A stretch of 64,000 nt of DNA from an uncultured virus (IMG/VR IMGVR_UViG_3300015608_003726) (lineage: Duplodnaviria; Heunggongvirae; Uroviricota; Caudoviricetes), in the IMG/VR virus record IMGVR_UViG_3300015608_003726; one strand, given 5' to 3'. Positions 1 to 10,154 of the stretch are shown in pieces. The translations under genes and the position numbers were made by a program. Positions within the stretch are counted from its first letter, which is position 1. Every line of letters starts with the position of its first letter. The notes under the pieces were generated by a model. That model was not told the origin of the DNA, did no database searches, and worked only from the letters and a program-made list of their open reading frames with translations.

Positions 1-828
1 TCTATATGTCGTTAGCCAAGAGCCGGATCTTAATTGACCAACAACAGGTCTATGGCATCCATACATTCTTGTTTTATATAATTCGCTCCAAGACATTCCT
101 CCGTCATTAGATAAACAATAAAAAGAAGGTTCTCCTCTTCTGGAATTTTCCCTCATCATACATCCAATAATATTTTGATCAATACAAAAAAGAGATGCTT
201 CGCAAAAATTAAAATTCCTCTTATCAGCTACTCTTATAGGTCCTACCCATTTATTAGAAAACAAAGAATCTGATATCCATAAATTCTGAATTAAATAACC
301 AGATATTTCTTCTTTAGCATATAAACTACTGAAATCTTTTTTGTTGTTAATATTTATTATAGAATTATCTTTTTTTAAAAAATACTTTTTAGTATGAGAT
401 GCAATAAGGTATTTTCCATTTTTGTTTTTAACTGGTTTGCTTGGTACAATTCCATATATGTTAGTAATAATTGGACCGTCCCACAAAATACCATTATCTG
501 TTTTCCATAAACATATTCTAGTATTTGGTCCGTTTTCTGAAGAAATAAAATCGCCGCTAGAAGGTATCATATCGCAAATAAGATACATAGCTCCTTCTTC
601 AGAATATAATCGAGGACAGTTCAACCTGCCTTCTACCGAAAAAGATTTGTAAGAATTATTAAAATTAATGTTAGATAAATCGGAATGAGTAACACATATT
701 TCTGTGTTTTTCTCTGAAAGATGCTGAAAAGACTTCCTGTAACATACATATATTTTATTTTTAAAAACGCATGTATCAGGATGCCCTAGCCAATAATTAT
801 TGTCTTTAGTAACTTCTCCTGATATCAA
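1..828 (-). CDS. Sialidase-like / BNR (Asp-box) beta-propeller glycoside hydrolase, runs off the left window edge
   Basis: Not in the ORF track. Manual translation from a TTG at 828 (overlapping the neuA TGA) is open to position 1: MISGEVTKDNNYWLGHPD...LNCPRL...WKTDNGILW...FCEASL...MMRENS...CLSNDGGMSW...GCHRPVVGQL. Contains Asp-box SxDGGxSW and a degenerate TDNGILW. Confidence 0.75.
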   Translation of the reverse strand, partial: MISGEVTKDNNYWLGHPDTCVFKNKIYVCYRKSFQHLSEKNTEICVTHSDLSNINFNNSYKSFSVEGRLNCPRLYSEEGAMYLICDMIPSSGDFISSENGPNTRICLWKTDNGILWDGPIITNIYGIVPSKPVKNKNGKYLIASHTKKYFLKKDNSIININNKKDFSSLYAKEEISGYLIQNLWISDSLFSNKWVGPIRVADKRNFNFCEASLFCIDQNIIGCMMRENSRRGEPSFYCLSNDGGMSWSELYKTRMYGCHRPVVGQLRSGSWLTTYR

Positions 829-1628
829 ACAAATCTCCCATATAATTCATACATTTTTTGCATGATAAGAAAATCATCTTCTGTATCTATTTGTAATGAC
901 TCGAAAAAATCCGTTACGAACAAAGCAGGAGAACTTCCTACTCTTTGATAAATATTTGTAATAACATTACTATAACATGCATAGAAGTTTCCATTGTCGT
1001 GATATATCATTTCTGTTAAATCTATATTTTGCCTCATTGGTCTATTTTGTAACGAATAAGAAGGATATGCAACATATCTTTCATTACTCTTTATATTTTC
1101 TATTTTAAATTTATTCAATGGATAAAATACTTCTGAATGAATTGATGGGTATTTTCTTATATTCCAGAAAAATGGAGTTTTTTCTACTACGGTTAAAATT
1201 GAATCAAATTGTTCAAAAACCATCTTTTCTAAACATTTGTCAATAAGATTATTTCTTCTTGCTGGAGATGTTGGCTGCAATAAACAGACTATATCAAATG
1301 CCATTTTTAAGTTTTTATTCAAATAACACAGAGCATGGATCATTGCAAATTCTGTTTTTGAATCTGGAGCAGACAAAGATTCAGGTCTACGTATAACTAC
1401 AATATTCTTATTTATATCTTTATTTTTCTTATATTCATTAATAATTTCTTCTATCTTAGAATCATTTGTTGAAATAACAATTGTATCAATATAATTACTT
1501 TGCAAAGCTGCTTCAACGGACCATATGAAAAGAGGCTTTCCTGCTATATCTCTATAATTCTTACCAGGACATCCTGCAGAATTAGCCCTTGCCGGAATGA
1601 TTGCAACAACATTATTATTTTTAATCAT
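825..1628 (-). CDS. neuA: Acylneuraminate (CMP-nonulosonate) cytidylyltransferase
   Basis: IIPARANSAGCPGKN (ARxxSKxxxxKN-like), IAGKPL, ISTND, RRPESLS, LLQPTSP, NGNFY, SLQIDTEDDF are all NeuA/CMAS-family motifs. Confidence 0.88.
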   Translation of the reverse strand: MIKNNNVVAIIPARANSAGCPGKNYRDIAGKPLFIWSVEAALQSNYIDTIVISTNDSKIEEIINEYKKNKDINKNIVVIRRPESLSAPDSKTEFAMIHALCYLNKNLKMAFDIVCLLQPTSPARRNNLIDKCLEKMVFEQFDSILTVVEKTPFFWNIRKYPSIHSEVFYPLNKFKIENIKSNERYVAYPSYSLQNRPMRQNIDLTEMIYHDNGNFYACYSNVITNIYQRVGSSPALFVTDFFESLQIDTEDDFLIMQKMYELYGRFV

Positions 1629-2377
1629 TTCTTTTTCCTTTCTCCATATTCCAAAAATACATCTTCTAATCTTTTAGTAGGAAAACATTCCAGTAGTCCG
1701 CCTTCTGAAGCATATATGATATCAACTTTTCCTCTATTTATTCTTTCAAAGTGATTCCAATAATCATCAAATTCGCAACAATGAGAATCAACAAATTGAC
1801 CTCTTCTTTTTCCTCTATTTGGATTAGAAAAAACAGGATTACCATTTAAACGAAATGCTTTTTTCTCACCAGTAAATTGCCAAAAATATCTTTTACCTAT
1901 TCTATAACAAGAATCGCATCCCAAAAGGACAATAGGACTACACCCCATAATGTATAAAAAATGAAGAGCCGAAGCAGCAGATGTTCTTGCTCCTATAATA
2001 GGAGAATCTGCGTCCTTTGTCATTTCAAGGCCGTTAAAATTATATTCTTTCTTTTCAGGAGAATACCACCATTTATGCTTAAAAAACAAAACCTCTTCTT
2101 GCCTAAAATGAGACGCATCATTTTTTAACTTGTCTTCATATAAAAGTTTAATACATTTACTTTCTTTGGCGTCTCTATGATAATAATTCCAATGCTTTAC
2201 TCCAACATCGTCGGATAGAAAATAATCGCAATTACTAGCTTTTAATATGCCAGAATTAACTGCTATTGTAACATAGTCTTTCAATGGCTCTATGTTTTGA
2301 AAATGAAGAGATGGACCTCCTCCTACAACAAAACCCATTGAACCTAAATGTTTATCTTGTAAATCTTTAAGAAGCAT
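1625..2377 (-). CDS. Maf/DUF115 (MptE-like, Cst-type sialyltransferase fold) protein
   Basis: FVVGGGPSL, TIAVN, DYFLSDD, TSAASALHFLYIMGCSPIVLLGCD motifs of the DUF115/MAF_flag10 family; overlaps the neuA start. Confidence 0.7.
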   Translation of the reverse strand: MLLKDLQDKHLGSMGFVVGGGPSLHFQNIEPLKDYVTIAVNSGILKASNCDYFLSDDVGVKHWNYYHRDAKESKCIKLLYEDKLKNDASHFRQEEVLFFKHKWWYSPEKKEYNFNGLEMTKDADSPIIGARTSAASALHFLYIMGCSPIVLLGCDSCYRIGKRYFWQFTGEKKAFRLNGNPVFSNPNRGKRRGQFVDSHCCEFDDYWNHFERINRGKVDIIYASEGGLLECFPTKRLEDVFLEYGERKKK

Positions 2378-2747
2378 TACTCTCTTTCAACTCTTCAGAT
2401 TCCATCAAAAGTATAATATCTAAAATTTGTTTATTCTTTTTTACCATATCATTATCGTCATAAGCAACTGTCGCATCATGAACAGAAAGAGATAATTCTG
2501 TTTTCTGATTGTCGTTAAACCAAAAAATCTTCTCGCTCGATTCTAGACCTTTACGTATTATATTAAAATCACTTATATCATCTTTATTGAATACTATTCT
2601 AAAAGCATAGTAAAAAGAATCTGTATTATCTGAAGATAAATCATATAATATTTTAAAGCCAAAAATTTTACTCGCCGATATTTTTACTTTTTCTATAACT
2701 AAATAATCATCATCGGTCAAAACATAAACAGTTGATGGAACAGGCAT
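2367..2747 (-). CDS. Hypothetical protein
   Basis: 126-aa ORF with a strong AAGGAGGT RBS, in the operon; no recognisable motif. Confidence 0.75.
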   Translation of the reverse strand: MPVPSTVYVLTDDDYLVIEKVKISASKIFGFKILYDLSSDNTDSFYYAFRIVFNKDDISDFNIIRKGLESSEKIFWFNDNQKTELSLSVHDATVAYDDNDMVKKNKQILDIILLMESEELKESNAS

Positions 2748-2768
2748 AATACCTCCTTTTATTTGTAT

Positions 2769-3281
2769 TTATTCAAAATCCAAATAGATTAGCCTTTTAT
2801 TATTTATATAATCATTTTTATTATTTTCTTTTTCTTTATTTAATCCATTTTTTATGTATTTTATATATTCAGAATCAAATTCTGAAAAACGGATTCTTAC
2901 CGTAACCTCCGTTGCGTACTGCATCCCCATTTCAAACGTTCTTTTTGATTTTATAACCTGTCCAGAAACTATAAATCCTTCATCTTGAAAGTTTTCAATA
3001 TTATTTTTATTAAATTCATTTTTATTAAAAAGAAACTGAATAAGATTGTTATACTTAATTTTGAATCCTGCTTTTGGTCTAAAAGTATAGTTTGTTTCAA
3101 GCGTACATAAACTTTTTATGCATAACATTTTTATATACATATCAGGTATAACAATATTATAATCTATACATTTTTGCGTCATATTAACAGTAAACATTTT
3201 CAAAGAGAAATCTTTTATTTCTCCTTGATCTATATTTTCAACAAAAAAAGAATCATCTCCTAATGGGCTAAAAATATTCAT
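2769..3281 (-). CDS. Hypothetical protein
   Basis: 170-aa ORF with ATGA coupling; C-terminus KRLIYLDFE. Confidence 0.7.
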   Translation of the reverse strand: MNIFSPLGDDSFFVENIDQGEIKDFSLKMFTVNMTQKCIDYNIVIPDMYIKMLCIKSLCTLETNYTFRPKAGFKIKYNNLIQFLFNKNEFNKNNIENFQDEGFIVSGQVIKSKRTFEMGMQYATEVTVRIRFSEFDSEYIKYIKNGLNKEKENNKNDYINNKRLIYLDFE

Positions 3282-3964
3282 AATACCTCTTTTAATTCTA
3301 CTTTATCAAAAGTTTTTACTCTACTTCTTGGATTGCAGTTAAATATTTTGACGCCTTTCCTTTGGGCAAACGCACTCAAAGCTTGATATGCTTTGTCATT
3401 ATAATTAAATGTCCATCTTTGTTGATCAAAAGAAGCCATACTTCCATCAGATCTTTTTGGTTGTTTTTCAAAAGGATAAAATTGCCAAAAATGACTCTTA
3501 TTCCCAATCATATATTGATCAACGCCTAATACATACACTGTTTTACATCCTGCTTTTATGGCAAAATCTATTCCAGAAGGTACGCTTGAACAATAACACA
3601 AACCATCATCTTCATCATCAATAACGTCTTCAGGAGTATTACGCGGGTTAAATTGATAAAAATTTTTACCTTCTAATTCATTGAAATATTTTGACCAACT
3701 ATTACGTACTATTTTAGAAGAATTACTATTTAAAACTTTGCTCCACCAACTCCATCTTCTACATAAAGAATCATTTGATATCCAATATCTTTTCGAATAA
3801 TCTCCTTCATCCCATGGCATTAATAGAATAGAAGAATTTACTGAAATAACAACGTCTTTATGTATTCCGGAAATATCAACATTAAAAAGGCTAGTTCCTG
3901 CTCCAACAACAAAAGCCCTTTCGCCTTTATGAATATTATTAAAATAAGAATAATTAGGTATCAT
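3278..3964 (-). CDS. Second Maf/DUF115-like (sialyltransferase fold) protein
   Basis: KGERAFVVGAGTSL, VISVN, SSVPSGIDFAIKAGCKTVYVLGVD, KIFNCNP; paralog of 1625..2377. Confidence 0.7.
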   Translation of the reverse strand: MIPNYSYFNNIHKGERAFVVGAGTSLFNVDISGIHKDVVISVNSSILLMPWDEGDYSKRYWISNDSLCRRWSWWSKVLNSNSSKIVRNSWSKYFNELEGKNFYQFNPRNTPEDVIDDEDDGLCYCSSVPSGIDFAIKAGCKTVYVLGVDQYMIGNKSHFWQFYPFEKQPKRSDGSMASFDQQRWTFNYNDKAYQALSAFAQRKGVKIFNCNPRSRVKTFDKVELKEVL

Positions 3965-4856
3965 GGAAATTAGTTATAATTAATTCTTTTCCTTTGGTTT
4001 TGTTTTTTTGAGAAATACTATTTTTCGGGCTCGAAGTACCGCAATAAGTCCATTCTTCTTCGTATATACGAAAAATCTTATCCGAATAAAGTTCTCTTAT
4101 TCCATCATGGTCATCATAACTTATAACAATTTTATGTTTGCTATTTAAAACGCAATCTCTTAATCGAATGTGATCGTTTTTTTCAAAACCACACTCATAT
4201 AATTTTGATTGACTTGCAAGCTCTGTATCTCTCATGTATGGAGGATCAGCATAAATCAAAACATCTGTACCGTCCTCTTTAATAACTTCAGAAAAATCAA
4301 CTGACGTTATCTTTGTGTTTTGGAGATAATCAGAAGCTATAGATATTTTATTTGTTTTAATAATATTCCATCCAGAAGGATTGGAAAAATATAATCTAGA
4401 CTCCATATTAGGATTATAATTAACTCTACCGCCCCAAACGGTCCTATTTATAAAAAAATACCTTAATGCCTGATCGCAATTATTATTATATTTTAAAAAA
4501 TCAAACACTTCTTTAAGTCTTTTATTATATTCTTTTCCTCCTCTGCTATTGAGTCTAGGATTCGTCGTGGGCTCTCCTTCAATAGGAGGCTCTATTGTTC
4601 TACAAAGAGTCAAAAACTCATCCAATCTGTCTCTTACAGCCTCATAAACAGAAATCAAAGGCTTGTTTATATCATTAATCCATCGACAATCAACAGAGTG
4701 AGGATTTATACCAAAGAAAACCCCTCCTCCTCCAACAAAACAATCTCTAAATTCTCTATATTTCTTTGGAAATCTAGATAATATCTTTTTCCTTATATTT
4801 GACTTACTTTTGCCTCCAGGATATCTAAAAATACTTCCTATATTATTCGTTTTCAT
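3954..4856 (-). CDS. D12-class (Dam-like) N6-adenine DNA methyltransferase
   Basis: FRYPGGKS, DCFVGGGGVF, INDIN, IYADPPY, ISYD, ELIITN. Confidence 0.9.
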   Translation of the reverse strand: MKTNNIGSIFRYPGGKSKSNIRKKILSRFPKKYREFRDCFVGGGGVFFGINPHSVDCRWINDINKPLISVYEAVRDRLDEFLTLCRTIEPPIEGEPTTNPRLNSRGGKEYNKRLKEVFDFLKYNNNCDQALRYFFINRTVWGGRVNYNPNMESRLYFSNPSGWNIIKTNKISIASDYLQNTKITSVDFSEVIKEDGTDVLIYADPPYMRDTELASQSKLYECGFEKNDHIRLRDCVLNSKHKIVISYDDHDGIRELYSDKIFRIYEEEWTYCGTSSPKNSISQKNKTKGKELIITNFHDT

Positions 4857-5530
4857 TTTTTAACTCTCTTTACTTCATCAAAATAACCTGTATTTAATAT
4901 GTCATGATTTGAAAATTCTTTAATTATATCAAAAATATAAGAACAGTATTTTATTATATCTTCTTTTGACAAGCGGAAATCTATATTATACCAAGGTTTT
5001 AAATCTTTATATATAATCTCATAGCATTTTTTATTGCTATCTTTTCTTATATTTATTTCTGAAAACAAAAATGGTATATTTTTAACATAAGATTTTTTTG
5101 GAATACAAAAACACATCTCATTTTCTTTTTTAGATTTTATACACACCAGTATTCTTTCTTCTTTTGCTATTTTTTTGAAAGAATCCGTCTTAAGTCTTCC
5201 TTTTATGTCAGATGATTTATTAATAGATCCATCTGATAAACGAAACGGAGAAGCGCTAATTTCTAAAATAAAACACTTTCTAGATCTGTTATTAAATTCT
5301 ACAGCAATCGCAACATCTCCATAATCTTTAAGATTATCTGATATTATTCTATTTCGCTTACTTTCAATTCCGACTTTTATATTTTTTATACCAAAAATAG
5401 AAATATCAACACTATCAAACAAATAACGAAGAAAATCAGCAAATATAAAGTTATAATAATCTCCGTTATGTATGTCTTTCATAAATTCAACGGATGTTCT
5501 ATTATCTTTTCTGTAAGAATAATTATTCAT
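4853..5530 (-). CDS. Hypothetical protein, possibly PD-(D/E)xK nuclease
   Basis: 225-aa ORF coupled (ATGA) to the MTase; DYGDVAI...FILEIS loosely resembles a PD...(D/E)xK core. Confidence 0.4.
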   Translation of the reverse strand: MNNYSYRKDNRTSVEFMKDIHNGDYYNFIFADFLRYLFDSVDISIFGIKNIKVGIESKRNRIISDNLKDYGDVAIAVEFNNRSRKCFILEISASPFRLSDGSINKSSDIKGRLKTDSFKKIAKEERILVCIKSKKENEMCFCIPKKSYVKNIPFLFSEINIRKDSNKKCYEIIYKDLKPWYNIDFRLSKEDIIKYCSYIFDIIKEFSNHDILNTGYFDEVKRVKK

Positions 5531-8500
5531 ATCTTTAAAATTGGCTGTATCTTCAAATCTGCTTCTTTAATAAACCTGCTTGGTATGTTTTTGATGAACT
5601 GAACTCCGCCCTTTCCATACTTCATAACTGATTTATCAGAAAAAGAACACACTAATTTCTTTTTTGCTCTTGTCATACCAACAAAACACAATCTTCTTTC
5701 TTCATCAATACCATCTTTTCTTTCTGTTATTGCTCTTTTATGAGGAAACAAATTCTCTTCCATTCTTGGCATAAATACAAATGGGAATTCTAGCCCCTTT
5801 GAAGAATGCAACGTCATTAATGTTACTTTCCCTTCATTTGTGTCCTTATCCGAAGAAGTGGAAAGAGATATATTTTGCAAATAAGATACTATATCATTAT
5901 TTCTTTGAACACTAAAAACAGCTGCAGAATTAACGAGTTCTTGTTGATTATCTTTTCTGTCTTCGTAATTAATATTAGATTCTTTATCTGTTTTTAAATA
6001 TTCATCATAACGAAGATTTTCAATAAGATCAGTTAACGTTTCTCCTATGTTTTTACCAGAATAATCTTTATCAAAAACAGAAGCAATTTCATAACAGTGC
6101 TTACATATAGATTCAGTATTAATGTACTCTCCAGATCTTTTAAGAGATTCTAAAATATTAATTCCATTAGATTCTGCGAAATTTTCTATTTTAGACAAAG
6201 TACCCTCTCCTATACCTCTTTTTGGTTTATTGATAAATCTACTTAAAGCAATACTATCATAAGGATTAACAAGAAAACGTAACATAGCTAAAGCATCTTT
6301 AATCTCTTTTCTGTCATAAAACCCATAACCGCCTAAAACTTGATATGGTATTTGATAGTGAACTAATCCTGATTCTATAGCCCTTGACATGCTGTTCATT
6401 CTATATAGTATTGCTATGTCTTCTGCTTTAGAGCCTGATTCTATGAGATTCTTAATTTTGTTTGCTATCCACTGTCCTTCTATCTCTGGAGTATCCAATC
6501 TAAAGCAATCAACCTGTTCTCCATCTTCATTTACAGTTTCAAACGAAAAATCTTTAGGTCTATTTGGGTTATACGATATTAACGAGCTAGCAGCATTAAC
6601 TATCTGCGGAGTACTCCTGTAATTAACTGGAAGCCTGATTTCTTTTGCATTAAAATCCTTTACAAATTCATATATACCTTCAGGATGAGCTCCTCTCCAT
6701 ATATAAATAGACTGATCCATATCTCCTGCGATAAATATATTTTTTGTCTCTCCTATTAAATATGCTATTTTAAGTTGTGCCTTATTACAATCCTGCGATT
6801 CATCTATCTGTATATATTTAAATCTGTCTTGTAATTTCTTCAAAACAGAAGGATGATTTTCAAGAAGTCTTATTGTTTCTGATAATAATCCGCTAAAATC
6901 AACAGCTCCTTTATCTCTCATTTTTTTCAAATATGCCAATGCTATATCAGATTTCCATACCTGATCAAATCCGTTTATAAATTCTTCTTCTGTTACTATC
7001 TTTTCTCTTAAATCATTTGTCTTCCATATAATGTAAGATATTTCTGGAGCTGAAAGTTCAAATCCTAAAGAACGAGCGGACTGAGCCATAAGAGCATCCT
7101 GATCATCAGAATCATAGATTGTCATATTATGACCATAACCTATAGGACCTCCCATTTTTCTTAATATATTAGCAGAAAGAGCATGAAATGTTCCCATGTA
7201 TAAATGCTCGGAAATTTCATCTCCAACGCATTTTATTATTCTTTCTTTCATTTCTTTAGCTGCTTTATTAGTAAAAGTTAAACTTAATATTGATCTTGGA
7301 GATATTCCGCTATTAATAAGATTAATAGTTCTTTGTATAATAGTTTTGGTATTATGATTTACAAAACCATTTGCAATAAAATTATGTGAACCTTCAATAA
7401 AATAATCATATACATGTTTATTCCCGCCATCTTCAACATAACTAATTTCACTAAATTCAAAATTTTTAATCAAAAATTTTAATTGGTCCAAAGCATGACA
7501 ATTAATTTTTGCAATTTCACACGCAGATATAAGTATCCGAGCAGAATGTTCTGTTAAACCTCTTCGATTTTTGAAAGGTTTTAAACAGTATCTTACTAGT
7601 CTAACACTTTTATTATCGGAATCATAAATATTTGATGTTTTTGGATCATAATTATACGGTTTGTTTAATTTTATTACATCATATATTTTGGATACCAAAT
7701 AATGCGAAAATGGAATTATTTTATTTGGATTAGAATTTAAACAAGTAAATCTTTTTAATTTTTCTTTTTTTCTACTAAGTCTAAATCCTATATTTTTTTC
7801 AAACCTTCGCAAATTTTCTCCATAAATACTAAGACGATAATATGTTGATCCGTTGACTACTTTTGTTTTTAATGAAGAAAAAACACCAAATCTTAGCAAT
7901 ATAACATGAATTTGTTCTATAAGTTTTTTTGAACAAAGACATATTCCTACAGTATGTCTATCTACATAGCCATCTGTATCAAATAATCCTTGTATAAGGC
8001 TCCCTATTTCTCCTCTGCTTCCGGCGAGCATTTTATCAGTCAATTTCTTTTCGCAAGCCAAATGAAAAAAATCTCCAAATCTATTATATAATTCATATTT
8101 AATACTTTTAGAGCAAACATACAAAGATCTAAGATTTTTTCTTCTTTTATCATGATACTTTTTAACTTCATAATTAAAATAATTTTTAAATACTAAATTA
8201 AATGATTCTTCAATTTCATCATCATTAGTCGTTATATTTAATATATTTTTTTCTTTTAAGTATCCATCTCCTAACAATAACCCGATAATATACCAAATAT
8301 CAAACAATTCTGGATGTCTAATAATTGGATTATCATACATTTTTTCCATTTGAATAGCCGCAAAATCTCCGGTTTTAATTTCTTTTAATTTCTTCCATTC
8401 AAGTTCACATTCCTTATTTAAAATCATTATAGGATGATCATGCGTTCCTTGTATATTATATCCTTGTTTTGTAATAATTTTAATAGTAGGCTGAATGCCT

Positions 8501-8751
8501 GAATCAATAAAATTATTTATTTTAATAGATCTATAATTACTTAAATTAACATTTTCTGAATCAAATGATTTTATATATTCAACCTTATCATTATCAATTC
8601 TAGAAAATCCTTCATCTAATATAACAATAGAATCGCCTATAATACACTTCCCTGAACCGGGAACGGCTGAAACAAAAAGAGGCCCGTCAATATGAGACGC
8701 GGCCTTCATTTGTTGTTCATTAAGACCTGATTCTTCTTTATTTTCAATCAT
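5527..8751 (-). CDS. uvrD: UvrD/PcrA superfamily-1 helicase, intein-containing
   Basis: LNEQQ, AVPGSGK|T, LTFTNKAAKEMKER, GTFHAL, IDESQD, GDMDQSIY, NYRST, MTLHSSKGLEF, EERRLCFVGMTRAK. Confidence 0.95.
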   Translation of the reverse strand: MIENKEESGLNEQQMKAASHIDGPLFVSAVPGSGKCIIGDSIVILDEGFSRIDNDKVEYIKSFDSENVNLSNYRSIKINNFIDSGIQPTIKIITKQGYNIQGTHDHPIMILNKECELEWKKLKEIKTGDFAAIQMEKMYDNPIIRHPELFDIWYIIGLLLGDGYLKEKNILNITTNDDEIEESFNLVFKNYFNYEVKKYHDKRRKNLRSLYVCSKSIKYELYNRFGDFFHLACEKKLTDKMLAGSRGEIGSLIQGLFDTDGYVDRHTVGICLCSKKLIEQIHVILLRFGVFSSLKTKVVNGSTYYRLSIYGENLRRFEKNIGFRLSRKKEKLKRFTCLNSNPNKIIPFSHYLVSKIYDVIKLNKPYNYDPKTSNIYDSDNKSVRLVRYCLKPFKNRRGLTEHSARILISACEIAKINCHALDQLKFLIKNFEFSEISYVEDGGNKHVYDYFIEGSHNFIANGFVNHNTKTIIQRTINLINSGISPRSILSLTFTNKAAKEMKERIIKCVGDEISEHLYMGTFHALSANILRKMGGPIGYGHNMTIYDSDDQDALMAQSARSLGFELSAPEISYIIWKTNDLREKIVTEEEFINGFDQVWKSDIALAYLKKMRDKGAVDFSGLLSETIRLLENHPSVLKKLQDRFKYIQIDESQDCNKAQLKIAYLIGETKNIFIAGDMDQSIYIWRGAHPEGIYEFVKDFNAKEIRLPVNYRSTPQIVNAASSLISYNPNRPKDFSFETVNEDGEQVDCFRLDTPEIEGQWIANKIKNLIESGSKAEDIAILYRMNSMSRAIESGLVHYQIPYQVLGGYGFYDRKEIKDALAMLRFLVNPYDSIALSRFINKPKRGIGEGTLSKIENFAESNGINILESLKRSGEYINTESICKHCYEIASVFDKDYSGKNIGETLTDLIENLRYDEYLKTDKESNINYEDRKDNQQELVNSAAVFSVQRNNDIVSYLQNISLSTSSDKDTNEGKVTLMTLHSSKGLEFPFVFMPRMEENLFPHKRAITERKDGIDEERRLCFVGMTRAKKKLVCSFSDKSVMKYGKGGVQFIKNIPSRFIKEADLKIQPILKI
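7351..8646 (-). mobile_element. Intein (432 aa) with LAGLIDADG endonuclease in the UvrD P-loop
   Basis: GSGK|CIIGDS ... GTHDHP (block B) ... IGLLLGDG ... IQGLFDTDG ... HNFIANGFVNHN|T. Confidence 0.95.
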
Positions 8752-9061
8752 AGCAGTTATTGCATCCTTTTTTATTTGGATTCCTACTTTGTGATATATT
8801 TTTAGAAGTAGAAACTCTTTTCAAGAATTTCATCGGATCAATTAGACCTATGTGGGACGAAATCACCCTATTATCAGAAGAACTCAAAATTTGAATTACA
8901 GGTATCTCATCAATATTTAAAATATCGCATAACTTATCATTCTTCTTGTCATTAACATCTACAAAATCGTATGATAAATCATAATATTTTAAAGACTGCT
9001 TTAATATATTACAATTATTACAATCAGACGAACCAAATAATCTTATTTTTAATAGTTCCAT
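8744..9061 (-). CDS. Thioredoxin/glutaredoxin-fold protein
   Basis: Probable start MELLKIRLFG (ATG 9061), CNNC active-site motif, cis-Pro motif IDEIPVIQI. The longer track ORF overlaps the upstream gene. Confidence 0.75.
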   Translation of the reverse strand: MELLKIRLFGSSDCNNCNILKQSLKYYDLSYDFVDVNDKKNDKLCDILNIDEIPVIQILSSSDNRVISSHIGLIDPMKFLKRVSTSKNISQSRNPNKKGCNNCYD

Positions 9062-9062
9062 T

Positions 9063-9395
9063 TTAATCAAAAAAATTATTATAATTGGAAAAGTTTTCTT
9101 TTGCTTTATCAAAATATTTCTGCATCTGAGCATTTGTAACAAAAGGAGATTCAGGATCTCCAACAAATTCGCAAATCATATTTATAGTTTTACCTTTTAT
9201 TTTAGAACAAAAATCTATCCATAATTCTGCCGTTACTTCTCCTTTTATATTTAATGCATTTTTAAAATCATCTGGCGGCCAACAAAATTGCCTTATAATA
9301 TCTTTCTCAATAAATCTAACTTTCATAAAAATAAGACCAGTGTCTTCATCGTATAAAGAATCTTGTATTTCAACTTTATGCGGTATACCACTCAT
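9063..9395 (-). CDS. Hypothetical protein
   Basis: 110-aa ORF tightly packed in the operon. Confidence 0.7.
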   Translation of the reverse strand: MSGIPHKVEIQDSLYDEDTGLIFMKVRFIEKDIIRQFCWPPDDFKNALNIKGEVTAELWIDFCSKIKGKTINMICEFVGDPESPFVTNAQMQKYFDKAKENFSNYNNFFD

Positions 9396-9396
9396 A

Positions 9397-10128
9397 CTAT
9401 ATCTCTTTTCTATTTAAGAAATTTTGCAATCCAAGCAACATCCTTCTTATCGCAGTTTCTTTCTGCATTGGATCTCCGTCAGTTCTTGTGTTGGAAAGAA
9501 GTTCCATAGTTGCATCATCAAATAAATGAAGAAGAATATGGTCATGATATGATCGATAAGAACCACCATGCCCATCATGCATGTCTTTATACAATACTCC
9601 AATAGATGCTTCGGTGTTTTTTAAATGATCCCACCAAAATTTTATATCCTTTTCTTCTACTTTTTCTCCATTTGTAGTAGATACAAGATTACATTGATTT
9701 TTTATATTAGGATAAATAACTTTTAATTTTACTAATCTTTTATTAAAATCTTCCTCTGGTTCTATGCCGTAAATTCTACAATTGTATCCTCTGTAATTAT
9801 GCTGAGAACACATTTTTGAATCTTTATCCCAAAAAACGCATGATCTTTCTGGTTTTGGAAATAAATAATTCCTCAAACTTTTTTCTATAAGAGAAAGTAT
9901 TTTTTGATCATTCCAATTGTGTACAACGTAATTCCATGAATACAAAAATTCAACATACCAAACAGAAGGGAATTGTTCGGCGCAACACCAGCTTTCGCAG
10001 CCTCCTGTTTCTTTTGATATATTATCCAGGCAGCCAACAGTTTCGGGCATCTGATCATAAATCCATTTTAAATTTTTCCTGGATTTTGCTATTTTTTTAA
10101 TATCATTTTTTACGTTATATCTAAACAT
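9397..10128 (-). CDS. YkgJ-like cysteine-cluster (CxxCxxCC; Fe-S/Zn-chelating) protein
   Basis: GC...GCESWCC and CVFWDKDSKMCSQHNYRGYNCRIYG match the YkgJ CxF...CxxxxxRxxxCRxY pattern. Confidence 0.75.
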   Translation of the reverse strand: MFRYNVKNDIKKIAKSRKNLKWIYDQMPETVGCLDNISKETGGCESWCCAEQFPSVWYVEFLYSWNYVVHNWNDQKILSLIEKSLRNYLFPKPERSCVFWDKDSKMCSQHNYRGYNCRIYGIEPEEDFNKRLVKLKVIYPNIKNQCNLVSTTNGEKVEEKDIKFWWDHLKNTEASIGVLYKDMHDGHGGSYRSYHDHILLHLFDDATMELLSNTRTDGDPMQKETAIRRMLLGLQNFLNRKEI

Positions 10129-10154
10129 TAAAAATCCTATTAAACTATTTTAAA

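Noticed and set aside
9062..9166. N-terminal extension of the thioredoxin ORF (likewise 22812..22850 for FmdB)
   Set aside because: The extensions overlap upstream genes; downstream ATGs at 9061 and 22811 match the domain starts.
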